From Promethearchaeota archaeon (lineage in GTDB: Archaea; Asgardarchaeota; Lokiarchaeia; Sigyniarchaeales; SOKP01), in assembly GCA_030599585.1 (NCBI GenBank), contig JAUVNS010000005.1, forward strand, positions 128,001 through 192,000: 64,000 bases of DNA, written 5' to 3'. The position numbers and the translations under genes are program-made. This document shows, in pieces, positions 1-10,103 of the stretch. Every line of letters starts with the position of its first letter. The first letter of the stretch is position 1. A model generated the notes under the pieces. That model made no database searches. It was not told the origin of the DNA and was given only the letters and a program-made list of their open reading frames with translations.

Positions 1-25
1 GGTATAAGACTATCTGTGCCCTCAT
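1..25 (-). CDS. possible 5' end of a gene running off the left edge (MRAQIVLY...)
   Basis: ATG at 25-23 on the minus strand, open to the window edge, divergent from the 88..393 gene. Confidence 0.3.
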
Positions 26-87
26 TTAATATACTTAAGAAAAATGCTGACGATTTTATTGCATTTTAGGTTTAAGGAATCATTATC

Positions 88-393
88 ATGGTTTTTTTCG
101 AAGATGAATCAGAGCGTACAATTTTTTTAAAGATAAGAGTTAAAACAAACTCTAAAGTACAAAAAATATCATTCAACCAATTAACAGATACTTGGATTTC
201 AATTAATTTAAAATCTAAACCCGTTAAAAATAAGGCGAATAAAGAATTAATTAAATTATTAAGTAAAAAGCTAAATATTGCGACCAATCAGATTCAAATA
301 ATTGCGGGACCGAAAAACGCGAGTAAAACGATTCAAATTAGATTTTATCAAGATATGTCTAAATCAAAAATATTAGAAAAATTAGCAAATTAA
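88..393 (+). CDS. DUF167/UPF0235 (YggU-like) protein
   Basis: IRVKTNS...KPVKNKANKELIKLLSKKL...IQIIAG..ASKTIQI matches the DUF167 pattern. Confidence 0.8.
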   Translation: MVFFEDESERTIFLKIRVKTNSKVQKISFNQLTDTWISINLKSKPVKNKANKELIKLLSKKLNIATNQIQIIAGPKNASKTIQIRFYQDMSKSKILEKLAN

Positions 394-744
394 TTAAGAT
401 CCAATTTTTATCATTTTTCCGCATTTCAAACAGGTAATAAAGTGAGTCATACCCTCGTCGGCGCTTCTAGTTTGCCTTGTTTCTAAGTGTGCTTTATTGT
501 AACCACATCTCCGACACTTAAAACCCTTAATAGAACTTCTTAAATATTTTTCCTTCCATTGCATTACTTCTGTAAGGTTTGAGACTTCCTCCCTAATGGG
601 CTGCTCGATTTTGGTTTTTAAGATATAAGAATCAGCATTTTCTTCCAAAAGAGGTTTGGTGTAACCACATTTACATTTAAACACTTTCTGACTATTCACT
701 GTAGTGGGTAACATCATAGAGCCACATTCATCGCAATATTGCAT
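394..744 (-). CDS. tfs: transcription factor S (TFS/RpoM, TFIIS-like cleavage factor)
   Basis: N-terminal CDECGSMM..CKC ribbon; C-terminal CRRCG...QTRSADEGMTHFITCLKCG with intact acidic DE hairpin. Confidence 0.9.
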   Translation of the reverse strand: MQYCDECGSMMLPTTVNSQKVFKCKCGYTKPLLEENADSYILKTKIEQPIREEVSNLTEVMQWKEKYLRSSIKGFKCRRCGYNKAHLETRQTRSADEGMTHFITCLKCGKMIKIGS

Positions 745-817
745 TTTTAAAGTCGAGTTAAGAAATTTAATTATAATTAAAATAGTATTTCAATAACAAA
801 AATTTTTCCTCCTATAT

Positions 818-1780
818 CTAAAAATTCAAACCAGATAATAAAGCGCAAAAAATTACACCCGTTAAAAGATCTGCGGTTGTACCTGGGTTTAACTTTCCAT
901 TTTGTTTTTGAAGGTTCTTATCAAATTCAAGTGTTAACTTCAATCCTTTTTTAGTAGAAATTCCTCCTTGTGAAATGATTTTTAAAGCCATTTCTGAAAC
1001 TTTCAATGCTTCTGGTTTACCTTCTTTACGAATAATCAATGTATCTAAATGATTAGCTAGTAGTTTCAGATATGTATTCACAATTGTTTTATTGATGTTT
1101 CGTTGTTCCTTAAAACTATCAAGAAAATAAGGTAAACCTTCCTTTAAAATGATTTCAAACCCCGTAGCGTACTCTCTGCTTATTAAATCGTATTCTTGAG
1201 ATTTTTTAAAAATTTCTTTAAGATTTATTTTATCTCGGATGATTTCGTCGTAAGCACTTGGATCATTGATATCATACTTATCAATTTGACCTAATCCTCC
1301 TGGATTGCTAAGTTTAATTGCCTCATATAAATGCAATGTGTCATTAACAGTAGTATCTTCGATGATCTTGTTTAATATTGACTCAAAATCTATAAATCTG
1401 CGTTTTTTTAACTTTATACATATTGAAGCGGCAGATGAGAGGGGCGCTAAGATTAGAATATGCCCTAGTATCACATTTCCACCGGTTTGCCACTTCATCA
1501 TTTCTACAACTGCTTCTTTAAAAAATACACCTAATTCGATGTTACTAAACGATTGCTTGTCGTTATCAATAGTAGTATAAACTTTTTCGCATAAAACTCT
1601 TAAATTAGGTTGAATGGCAGAAATCCCCGATAGAAAATGTTCAAAACTTGTACCTTTAAAATTTTTCGTTCTGTGTACATTTCCTGGTTTTGGCCATCCA
1701 GAAAGCTCTAACAAACTCGATAGGTTTATGCACCTTAGCAAATCATCGAGTGACTTGATAGCAATTTCTATACTTGACAC
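818..1780 (-). CDS. citG: archaeal CitG-family triphosphoribosyl-dephospho-CoA synthase homolog
   Basis: LLELSGWPKPGNVHR, GGNVILG and C-terminal LNPGTTADL motifs; GTG start. Confidence 0.85.
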   Translation of the reverse strand: MSSIEIAIKSLDDLLRCINLSSLLELSGWPKPGNVHRTKNFKGTSFEHFLSGISAIQPNLRVLCEKVYTTIDNDKQSFSNIELGVFFKEAVVEMMKWQTGGNVILGHILILAPLSSAASICIKLKKRRFIDFESILNKIIEDTTVNDTLHLYEAIKLSNPGGLGQIDKYDINDPSAYDEIIRDKINLKEIFKKSQEYDLISREYATGFEIILKEGLPYFLDSFKEQRNINKTIVNTYLKLLANHLDTLIIRKEGKPEALKVSEMALKIISQGGISTKKGLKLTLEFDKNLQKQNGKLNPGTTADLLTGVIFCALLSGLNF

Positions 1781-1828
1781 GTTAGAAATATTTATTTTTA
1801 AAATTAATATATGTTAGTTATAGATGAG

Positions 1829-2140
1829 TTAGTAATAGGTTAATTCTAAGGTTCTTTTCTCCTTAATTCTGTAACCCTTAATATCAGAGGTGTTGTAAGA
1901 AATCGGTCTGTATTTCTCTTTTAAATTTTTTCGATGCAGAAATTTCTTGATCCTTAATTTTATTACTCTATTTGACATACTACTAGGCACAATCAATTCA
2001 ATGCTGTTTCCACTTCGAGAAATTTCTATTTGGGGTAATTGTTCTTCGAGAAACCTTTGTAGATCCTCAATATATTGTTCCTTTTCAATTGATAAATCTT
2101 TTACGTCAATAGTTAATTCTTTAGTATTATCTTCACTCAA
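1829..2140 (-). CDS. rpl22e: ribosomal protein eL22-like (eukaryotic signature protein)
   Basis: LTIDV...DLQRFLEEQL...SNRVIKLRIKKFLHRKNLKEKYRPI...Y parallels eL22 (FTID...FL.E...SKRYLKYLTKKYLKK.NLRDWLRVV...Y); 103 aa; TTG start. Confidence 0.75.
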   Translation of the reverse strand: MSEDNTKELTIDVKDLSIEKEQYIEDLQRFLEEQLPQIEISRSGNSIELIVPSSMSNRVIKLRIKKFLHRKNLKEKYRPISYNTSDIKGYRIKEKRTLELTYY

Positions 2141-2238
2141 ATTCTAATCACTCTATAATATAATTAAGGACATTATTAATCTTTTTCCAATAAATAATAT
2201 GACAAAAATATAAGTGAATAGATAATGTTAAAATAGAA

Positions 2239-3513
2239 TTATATCGGTGTTTCGTCTCCCCACATATCTAATGCTTTTTTTAGTTCAGCATGACTTTTAG
2301 CGTATTCTTTTACGCTAACATTATCCATGTAAGCATTAATTGCTTGTCTTAATGCTTTCGCACCGTTTTGTGTACCATCTGGGTGACCAAGAACACCTCC
2401 TCCGACTTGAACAGCAATGTCTGTTGATAAAAGCTCTATTAAACGATGTATTATTCCCGGATGAACTCCTCCTGAGCATACGCTCAAAACATTTTTCATT
2501 CCGTACCAATTCTGCTCTAAGACCTCTAAATCGGCCTCGTTAGAATTTTGAGCAATCTTCTTATAATTATTCAACACTTCTATTTTATCACCCACTAATT
2601 TTCCCAAACCTCCAATGTGAAGCTGGTCTACGCCTTGCATTCTCGCTATTTCCGCAAGTACTTTCATGCTCATTCCATGATTTGGATTTCTATCAAAAGC
2701 AGCATGAAATGCCCTATGAGCATGTATAGCTAAACCCAATTTTTCACATTCCTTTCTAACTGTTTGAACAGCTGCCCAACCAATAGTTAATATGTCGATC
2801 ATAACATATTCGTTGTTAAAATCTTTTACTAACTTCGCACGACGCTTCATTTCGTCAACTTCAGCGGTAATATTTATTAAATAACTTTTTCTTTCTCCTG
2901 TTTCATTTTCTGCTTTATCTCTCATTTTCATGCTAAGATCGAGTCTTTTTTCGAATCTATTAAACTTCTGATTCGATAAGTTTTCGTCGTCTTTTAACAG
3001 ATCTACCCCTCCTGTCCAAATCTCGTACCCATGTTGAGCGTGCTCTTCGGCATAATACCCTACTTTGGGTTTCGGAACTGTAGCTGTAATTGGTCTCTTT
3101 TTAACTTTAAGTAAATCCCTAATTCCCTTTATTCCATACTGAGGCCCCTGAAATGAATTTATTAAGTTTCTAGGCCATTTCACGTCGACTAATCTTAGAC
3201 CGTCTAAAGCTTTCATGCCAAAAATATTTCCGGCAATAGAACTTAAAATTTGAGGCATATTACCTTCCTCAAATAAATCGTTGGGATATGCGATTTTAAC
3301 ATAACTATTATTTATGTCATAAACTTTAGCACTTAATGCCCGAATATGTTCAGGAATTTTAAGTGTCGTCCAAGTACCGTTGCTGCTTTCAGCAGCTACC
3401 CTAATAGCTACTTTTTCAATTGGAAAACCGCTTGCGGGTTTAATTTTAAACAAGCAAATTAAGTCTTCTTCTATTGGTTCATACGCTAAATCTAAAAAAT
3501 CTTCATATTTAAT
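2239..3513 (-). CDS. rbcL: RuBisCO form III large subunit (nucleoside salvage); start extended from 3453 to ATT at 3513
   Basis: AAESS.GTW, GNIFG, KPK.G, GGVDLLKDDE, HAHRA, DQLHIG..GKL, SGG and GGG catalytic motifs all present; upstream in-frame IKYEDFLDLAYEP..EDLIC is a typical form III N-terminus. Confidence 0.95.
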   Translation of the reverse strand: MKYEDFLDLAYEPIEEDLICLFKIKPASGFPIEKVAIRVAAESSNGTWTTLKIPEHIRALSAKVYDINNSYVKIAYPNDLFEEGNMPQILSSIAGNIFGMKALDGLRLVDVKWPRNLINSFQGPQYGIKGIRDLLKVKKRPITATVPKPKVGYYAEEHAQHGYEIWTGGVDLLKDDENLSNQKFNRFEKRLDLSMKMRDKAENETGERKSYLINITAEVDEMKRRAKLVKDFNNEYVMIDILTIGWAAVQTVRKECEKLGLAIHAHRAFHAAFDRNPNHGMSMKVLAEIARMQGVDQLHIGGLGKLVGDKIEVLNNYKKIAQNSNEADLEVLEQNWYGMKNVLSVCSGGVHPGIIHRLIELLSTDIAVQVGGGVLGHPDGTQNGAKALRQAINAYMDNVSVKEYAKSHAELKKALDMWGDETPI

Positions 3514-3520
3514 TTCTAAA

Positions 3521-3525
3521 TCACC
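3521..3525 (-). promoter_or_regulatory. Shine-Dalgarno-like GGTGA for rbcL
   Basis: GGTGA 7 nt upstream of the ATT codon at 3513. Confidence 0.6.
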
Positions 3526-3535
3526 TTAAACTAAT

Positions 3536-4486
3536 TTAAATCATATCTGGATATAACTTTTCAAAGTAATTATGCACATGGCTACTCGCAAAAATTCCCG
3601 CCTCTGTAATTAAACCGTCTATATACCTTCTACTTACGGTTTCAAAGGCAGGATTTAAAATTTCTAAACCTGTTGGTGGATTTTCCCATACTTCTGAAGT
3701 TTCTCGCATTTCAATTTTTTCAATGACGCCAAAGGAAGTTTGAGGATTATATTTCAAGAGAGGAGTAGCAACATAAAAAGGAACATGTTCTTCGTGGGCT
3801 ACTAAAGCTAATAATCTTGAACCTATTTTGTTTAAAACAGTTCCCTCGCTTGTAACACTATCTGCTCCAATAAGAATTAGGTTAACCTCGTAATGATTTA
3901 CAGCCCACCGCATAGCACTATCCACGACATGAAAAACTTTTATTCCAGCGTCTAATAACTCTTTCGCTGTTTGTCTTCCTTGAAGGCGCGGTTGGGTTTC
4001 GGTATTTATTACGTTAAAGTGTTTACCTTGCTTTCTTGCTTCTAATAGGATACCCGTTACCACAGATGAGTGACAATGCGTCATAATGAGGTAATCATCA
4101 TCTGCTTCTACAAAAGGAATTCTTCTAGCTCCAATTTCAGCTATCTTTTTTTTGGAATTATGAATTATTGTTTGATATTTATTTTTATAGCGATTGATTA
4201 ATTCTAAAAAGTGATCTTCCTTGAATTCGTGTTTAGGTTTTTTCAATCTATTTATTATGAAATTTAGTCCATTCCTCAACGCTGGTTCAGTGGGACGCGC
4301 ATTAAACAGTATTTCCTTTGCTTCTTCTAATTTAATTAAAAAATCTTCAGCAGTACTGTAATCTGTTAGCCTCTGGGCGTAGTTATTCAAAAAATCGATA
4401 GCACTTAGGGCTACATTTGTCGCTCCTTGTATTTCTAACGATTTAATCTTTTCAGCATCTTTCAATAATTGTTTAATTTCAACCAC
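3536..4486 (-). CDS. ribose-1,5-bisphosphate isomerase (eIF2B alpha/beta/delta family)
   Basis: IKSLEIQGA, RPTEPAL, THCHSS, TETQP..QG, GADS, NKIGS and NPAFE motifs; directly upstream of rbcL. Confidence 0.9.
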   Translation of the reverse strand: MVEIKQLLKDAEKIKSLEIQGATNVALSAIDFLNNYAQRLTDYSTAEDFLIKLEEAKEILFNARPTEPALRNGLNFIINRLKKPKHEFKEDHFLELINRYKNKYQTIIHNSKKKIAEIGARRIPFVEADDDYLIMTHCHSSVVTGILLEARKQGKHFNVINTETQPRLQGRQTAKELLDAGIKVFHVVDSAMRWAVNHYEVNLILIGADSVTSEGTVLNKIGSRLLALVAHEEHVPFYVATPLLKYNPQTSFGVIEKIEMRETSEVWENPPTGLEILNPAFETVSRRYIDGLITEAGIFASSHVHNYFEKLYPDMI

Positions 4487-4534
4487 CTATTTTTTCTTAA
4501 ATAATATTAAAACAACCATGATTTTTCAGTGTAT

Positions 4535-4729
4535 TCATTCATTATTCGTATCACCATCATAAGAATTAGCGTCTTTTTTAAAATCCTTAGGATCGATTTC
4601 TATAAACAGAGAACCTATGTAATCACACGACGTACACTCAAACATATTTGGTGTTAACCAACCAGAAACATTGACAGCATTTTTTAAGGTAGCGTTCTTA
4701 CACTTTGGACAAATTCTAATGCGTGCCAT
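4535..4729 (-). CDS. small zinc-ribbon protein
   Basis: CPKC...SGWL.P..FECTSCDY.G; 64 aa. Confidence 0.7.
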   Translation of the reverse strand: MARIRICPKCKNATLKNAVNVSGWLTPNMFECTSCDYIGSLFIEIDPKDFKKDANSYDGDTNNE

Positions 4730-4952
4730 TGTGCTCTTATTAACTTATTTATTTGGATTGTTTTTAGCGTGATAAAGAATTAGCAAAAATTAATCTTCTG
4801 CTCTCTCTCACCTAAAAATTGGTAGCTATATTAAATAATCATAAATAACATTTAGTCTCTTTTATTATTAATATAGTAAATTACCATTAAGTAGAACCGA
4901 TTTAAAACTAAGAATCCTAATCTATATTCGAAAAATTGAATCTTTAAAAAAA

Positions 4953-6785
4953 ATGAGTAAAATTGACCTAAAGCGGAAAAGTTTACCCAACGAACCAGGA
5001 GTATATTTTTTTCTAAATGATAAAAAAACGATTATTTATATCGGGAAAGCTATAAATTTAAAGAGAAGGGTAAATCAGTATTTTCTCAAAACGAATTATA
5101 ATGATCCATTTTACGAAGAGAAAATCAAGGAACTCGTTAAAAATATTCAATTTATTGATTATATAGTTACAGAAAACGAAAAAGAAGCAAAAATACTCGA
5201 AAATATACAAATTAAGAAGCATCTACCGCGATTTAATGTGGTAATGCGCGACTCAAAGACATATCCTTGGGTTGGGATTTTTTATTCAGAAAAATTTCCA
5301 AGAATCAGAATTATAAGAGGACCAGAAAAATATTCTAAAGAAAACCTATTTTTGGGTCCTTTCACTGATAAAAAGGAAATTACTAGAATATTACGTGATT
5401 TACGCAAAATATTCCCCTATTGTTCATGCAAGAAAAGAGTTAAAATAAAAAAAAGACCGTGCTTATATTATCAATTAAAACTATGTCCGGGACCTTGTAT
5501 AGAAGCTATATCAGAAAAAGATTACGTCCAAAATGTGAAGCAAATAGAGATGTTTCTCAAAGGACAAACAGATGAATTAAAAGAGCAGATTAACGAAAAT
5601 ATGAAGTCTGCGGCTCTGGCACAAAATTACGAAATAGCTGCTTTTTGGAGAGATAAACTTCAAGCGATTGATAATTCAACAATCTCTCAGAATGTTTTAT
5701 TAGATCGCAAAGAAAATAAGGACATTATAGGGTATTTTAAAGACGAGGAGCAGAAATACATTGCAATGGTTATAATTCATATTCGCGAAGGTAAGATCGC
5801 TAAAAAAAGCTCTTTTCCTGTGAACATAGAAGATAAAATTGTTCAAAAGAATGATATTTTCCCTTTGATTGTGGAACAATTTTACCAAGACCTTACACAC
5901 GATTTACCTGATATCATAATAATTCCCGAGTTTTATGAAGGAATTAATTTATTTAGGGAAATCCTTACCGAACATAAAATAGACATAAAAATAAGGGTTC
6001 CTCTTGAGGAGGAATATGGTTTACTTAGAATTGCTAATAAGAACGCGAAAGTTATAGTAGATCAAGAAATCCTAATGAAAGAAATTAAAAGAAAAGATGA
6101 CAACAAAATTCAGGAAGCTCTGGAAGAAGCTAAAGAGATATTGAATTTACCTAAAATACCAAGGGTTATAGAAGGATTTGATATTTCGAATATCGAAGGA
6201 ACTGATGCAACCGGGTCTATGGTTTATTTTCTTGAAGGACGCCCATATAATAAATACTATCGACACTTCAAAATTCGCACAAAATCAACTCCCGACGATG
6301 TAGCAATGATGAAAGAAGTGATCAAGCGAAGATATACAATGTTAATTGAGAAAAATTTATCATTACCTGATTTAATTCTTGTTGATGGGGGAAAGGGGCA
6401 ACTCAATGCGGGGTATTCTGTTTTAAAAGAACTCGGTATTGAAGGCATTCCAATCATCGGATTAGCTAAAAAATTTGAAGAGATTTTTGTTCCTAACGAG
6501 AAAAATCCTATAATTTTACCAAGAAATTCAAATCTCCTTAAAATCTTTCAAAGAGTTAGAGATGAAGCTCACCGTTTCGCTGTTAAGCTTCACAAAAAGC
6601 AACGGGAGAAGCGTGTGAAAAGATCGGTTTTAGATGACATTAGAGGGGTAGGACCTGCGACTAGAAATAAGTTACTTAAAGAATTTGGAAGCGTGAACAA
6701 AATTAAACAAGCCTCTCTTGAAGATATCGCTGATCTAGTTGGTAAAAAGTTAGCAGATATTATATTAAAAGAATTAAATAATTAA
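4953..6785 (+). CDS. uvrC: excinuclease ABC subunit C
   Basis: N-terminal GIY-YIG (PGVY...IYIGKA), Cys cluster, UVR domain, RNase H-like GFDIS/DGGKGQ, RDEAHRFA, HhH GVGP. Confidence 0.97.
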   Translation: MSKIDLKRKSLPNEPGVYFFLNDKKTIIYIGKAINLKRRVNQYFLKTNYNDPFYEEKIKELVKNIQFIDYIVTENEKEAKILENIQIKKHLPRFNVVMRDSKTYPWVGIFYSEKFPRIRIIRGPEKYSKENLFLGPFTDKKEITRILRDLRKIFPYCSCKKRVKIKKRPCLYYQLKLCPGPCIEAISEKDYVQNVKQIEMFLKGQTDELKEQINENMKSAALAQNYEIAAFWRDKLQAIDNSTISQNVLLDRKENKDIIGYFKDEEQKYIAMVIIHIREGKIAKKSSFPVNIEDKIVQKNDIFPLIVEQFYQDLTHDLPDIIIIPEFYEGINLFREILTEHKIDIKIRVPLEEEYGLLRIANKNAKVIVDQEILMKEIKRKDDNKIQEALEEAKEILNLPKIPRVIEGFDISNIEGTDATGSMVYFLEGRPYNKYYRHFKIRTKSTPDDVAMMKEVIKRRYTMLIEKNLSLPDLILVDGGKGQLNAGYSVLKELGIEGIPIIGLAKKFEEIFVPNEKNPIILPRNSNLLKIFQRVRDEAHRFAVKLHKKQREKRVKRSVLDDIRGVGPATRNKLLKEFGSVNKIKQASLEDIADLVGKKLADIILKELNN

Positions 6786-6800
6786 ATTTTAATAAAATCC

Positions 6801-8231
6801 TTAAGATTGATTCCCAATTACTATTTTTATTAATTCTGTGGTTGTTTCACAGAAAATCCGGGCAAAAGTATCAACTTTTGACTCACAAATAACTCTAATT
6901 ATTGGCTCTGTATTTGACGGGTGGATGAGAACAAACCAATCTTTTTCTTTACCAAACCTTAGATCATTACCATATTGACTAACTTCTTCACCTTCGTTAA
7001 TCAATTCTTGCTTAATTCCAGCTATAATTACTTTGACATCCTTAGGATTGATGGAAATTTTTCTTCGATGGGAAAAGAACTTTGGAAGTTGAGCGACAAG
7101 ATTCGATATACTCTCTTCTGTATCAAGCATAATTTCAATAATTTTAGCTGCTGCAAAAAGACCGTCCCTAGTATTGTTAAAATCGGGAAACATAACCCCT
7201 CCACATGAGCCTTCTCCGCCAAATATTAAAGATTTTGGTCCATCATTCAAGAGTTTATGCATTTTTTCGACCAAAAAAACCTCTCCGATTTGGGTTCTTA
7301 TTACTTGTGCATTGTATTTCTCAGCTATAACTTCAAACATAAGCGAAGAAGCTAAATTTGTAACAAATATGAATTCTTTTGCTTCGTTAATATTATTCTT
7401 CATTAAATGTTCTGTTATAAGCGCTAATCCAATATCTTCAGGGTAACAAACCCCATTTTCACCTATAATTGCAAGGCGATCTGCATCCGAATCGTGGGCG
7501 AAACCTACGTCAAATTTACCTTGCCAAACTTCCATAATTATATCTTTAAGGTTTTTAGATATTGGTTCAATCTCTCTTGGAAAAGTATCATTTACAAGTA
7601 GATCGTTATTGATAACTTTTACTTCACACCCCAGACCAGCAAGAATTTGATGTGTAGCATATTTTCCTGCTCCTGCCCCCGTATCAAGGACTACTCTAAG
7701 ATTATTCTCTTTTTTTATTTTTTTTATGTTTATATGGTTATAAAGTGCTTTGATGTAATTTGGAATAGGGTTAATGAATCTTACATTTTTCTTTATTGCC
7801 TTTTTATTCGTGTGATAATTTCTAAAATTGGCACTCTTTAAAGAAAGAGAAATTTCTTCTAGATCACGATTATGTAAATAAGATATTGGAGATAATAGTT
7901 TTAGGCCGTTCCATTCCGGTGAATTGTGAGATCCTGTAATTATGATTCCGAGGGGAACTTTTAACTGATTTTTAGTATGAATGATAATTGGTGTTGGACA
8001 TATACCAACATTGATTACCTTGAAATCCGTTGCAACCAATCCTTCTACTATACCTTTCTCGATAGACTTACCACTAGGTCTCGTGTCTCGCCCTACTATA
8101 ACTTCTCTATTCACACTATCAAAAATTTTACCAAACGAGATAGCAATTTTATTTGCGACTTCAAAGTTAAGATCTTTTCCAGATAACCCTCGGATTCCAC
8201 TAAAAGTGAAAATTAAGCTACTCCCTTCCAT
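6801..8231 (-). CDS. phosphoglucomutase/phosphomannomutase family protein
   Basis: SGIRG, GRDTR.SG, ITGSHN phosphoserine loop, DSDADR metal loop, GGEGS.G. Confidence 0.92.
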   Translation of the reverse strand: MEGSSLIFTFSGIRGLSGKDLNFEVANKIAISFGKIFDSVNREVIVGRDTRPSGKSIEKGIVEGLVATDFKVINVGICPTPIIIHTKNQLKVPLGIIITGSHNSPEWNGLKLLSPISYLHNRDLEEISLSLKSANFRNYHTNKKAIKKNVRFINPIPNYIKALYNHINIKKIKKENNLRVVLDTGAGAGKYATHQILAGLGCEVKVINNDLLVNDTFPREIEPISKNLKDIIMEVWQGKFDVGFAHDSDADRLAIIGENGVCYPEDIGLALITEHLMKNNINEAKEFIFVTNLASSLMFEVIAEKYNAQVIRTQIGEVFLVEKMHKLLNDGPKSLIFGGEGSCGGVMFPDFNNTRDGLFAAAKIIEIMLDTEESISNLVAQLPKFFSHRRKISINPKDVKVIIAGIKQELINEGEEVSQYGNDLRFGKEKDWFVLIHPSNTEPIIRVICESKVDTFARIFCETTTELIKIVIGNQS

Positions 8232-8254
8232 GATTTATCGTGGATTGAAAACAT

Positions 8255-9262
8255 TTATAAGATTAATGGATTCCCTTCCAATTTATATTTAACCAGCGTT
8301 AAAGCTCCCATTACGCCTATTTCGTCTAAATTTTTTGTTACTTTAAGTTGAGGTGGAGTATTAATGGTAAATAAGATAGGTTCTGTTTTGAATTGTTCAA
8401 TCACAGGTGGTAGAATTAAATCATTATCATTCATCATAGCTCCTCCAAAATATATAGAAGCAGAGTCATAAAAATTGTTCACTAAACCAACCCCTACTTT
8501 AGTATAAAAGATGCATTGGGCTACTATACTTTTGGAAAATTTATCTCCTCCTCTTGCTGCTTGGAACAGTTCTTTTGCAGTGATCTTTGTTTCGTCGCTA
8601 TCAACCATGAACATTAAAATTTTTGAACTGAATTTGGATGTTTTTATTGCTTCTAAAGCTCTGTTTTTAACCCCTGTACCAGAACTATATACTTCCCAAC
8701 AACCGAACGCACCACAATTGCATTGGAAGCTGCTTTGGTGATTTACGATTCCATGACCAATTTCTGCTGCATTACCCTCTTTACCAAGAAGTAGATGTCC
8801 GTTACAAATTACTCCACCTCCAATTCCTGTTGACATCGTTATATAGACTAAATTATCTTTTTCATCGTCACTTGCTTCAAAATAATGAATAGCTAAAACT
8901 GAAGCGTTTCCATCGTTAATAAGATAAATAGGAATGCCCAAAAATCTCTCTTGGATAGGGTTTTTTAGTGGAATTTCCTTAAAACCTAAATTCGCATTAT
9001 TGAAAACTTCCCCGCTTTCAGTATTTATCGGCCCAGCGGAAGCTAAACCAATTCCTAAGATTTGGTCCTTCTCAATATTATTATCAATGAGTAGTTCAGT
9101 GATTAAGGAGATAATAGCATTACTGATCGAATATTCATTTACCTTTGGTGTCTGAGTCTTTTTAACAATAATTGCCTCTTTTTTTAAGTCAATATGGCTT
9201 ATAGCAACTCGAATCCAAGTACCTCCAATATCCGCACCAATAATGAATTCTTTTTTACTCAT
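8255..9262 (-). CDS. ROK family sugar kinase (glucokinase-like); likely start ATG 9262 (MSKKEF)
   Basis: GADIGGT, NDGN, STGIGGG, EIGH and CNCG..GCWE zinc motif. Confidence 0.9.
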   Translation of the reverse strand: MSKKEFIIGADIGGTWIRVAISHIDLKKEAIIVKKTQTPKVNEYSISNAIISLITELLIDNNIEKDQILGIGLASAGPINTESGEVFNNANLGFKEIPLKNPIQERFLGIPIYLINDGNASVLAIHYFEASDDEKDNLVYITMSTGIGGGVICNGHLLLGKEGNAAEIGHGIVNHQSSFQCNCGAFGCWEVYSSGTGVKNRALEAIKTSKFSSKILMFMVDSDETKITAKELFQAARGGDKFSKSIVAQCIFYTKVGVGLVNNFYDSASIYFGGAMMNDNDLILPPVIEQFKTEPILFTINTPPQLKVTKNLDEIGVMGALTLVKYKLEGNPLIL

Positions 9263-9298
9263 CGTCTCTTCCATTAGAATTATGAATGTATACAAAAA

Positions 9299-10090
9299 CT
9301 AATAATAATTAATCTCAATATTATCGTTATTAATTAGTTCTCTTAAAATTTTTACGATCTCCCTTTTTCTATTTTCATCAATTGCGTAAACAAAATATTC
9401 AGAAGGAATTCTAGCAATTGAATACACCTGCACCATATCAGGTTTAATTTTAGTTATTAACTCTGCAAGGTGCCTAATATTTTTGGGATTATTGTTAGAA
9501 TAGTAATTTTTATTATAAGAATTAGAAATTAGGCTCTGTATTGCTAATTTCTTATCTGGCATATCATTTCTCAACTTTACCAGAGATTTAACGATTCTAT
9601 TTATATCAGGACAGTCATTATGTGGCCTATTCGTCTTATTTAGATCTTCATCGGTTGCAGCATCTAATTTTGCAAGCACAAGATCAAAATGCTTTACTCT
9701 ATCACGAATTTCATCGATATATAATGTGCTGGAATTAGTAAAAAGCGTGAGGAGGGGCGGTGTTCCTGTCCATTTCAATTCATTTCTAACATCATAAGCT
9801 ACTTTATAGAAATCTAACAAACTCTCGTTTAAGCTCGGTTCTCCATGATAGCCGAAAGTAATTGAGTCCAAATGAGGAACATATTTTAATATGTCTTTAA
9901 GTTCTTTTCTAAAATTTGATGACGGAGGTGCTTTTATTCTATGTTCTGGAGACACAACTTGATATGTCGGGCCGATTTCACAATAAACACAATTGTAGGA
10001 GCATAATTTATATTTAGGTAAGATATCCACTCCAAGTGAGACTCCTAATCTTCTAGAGTTAAATGGACCATATGTATATTCTCTTGGCAT
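9299..10090 (-). CDS. radical SAM protein of unknown function
   Basis: YGP..SRRLG.SLG N-terminus, CSYNCVYC (CxxxCxxC), GEPSL. Confidence 0.88.
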   Translation of the reverse strand: MPREYTYGPFNSRRLGVSLGVDILPKYKLCSYNCVYCEIGPTYQVVSPEHRIKAPPSSNFRKELKDILKYVPHLDSITFGYHGEPSLNESLLDFYKVAYDVRNELKWTGTPPLLTLFTNSSTLYIDEIRDRVKHFDLVLAKLDAATDEDLNKTNRPHNDCPDINRIVKSLVKLRNDMPDKKLAIQSLISNSYNKNYYSNNNPKNIRHLAELITKIKPDMVQVYSIARIPSEYFVYAIDENRKREIVKILRELINNDNIEINYY

Positions 10091-10103
10091 GCTATTTTTA
10101 TCG

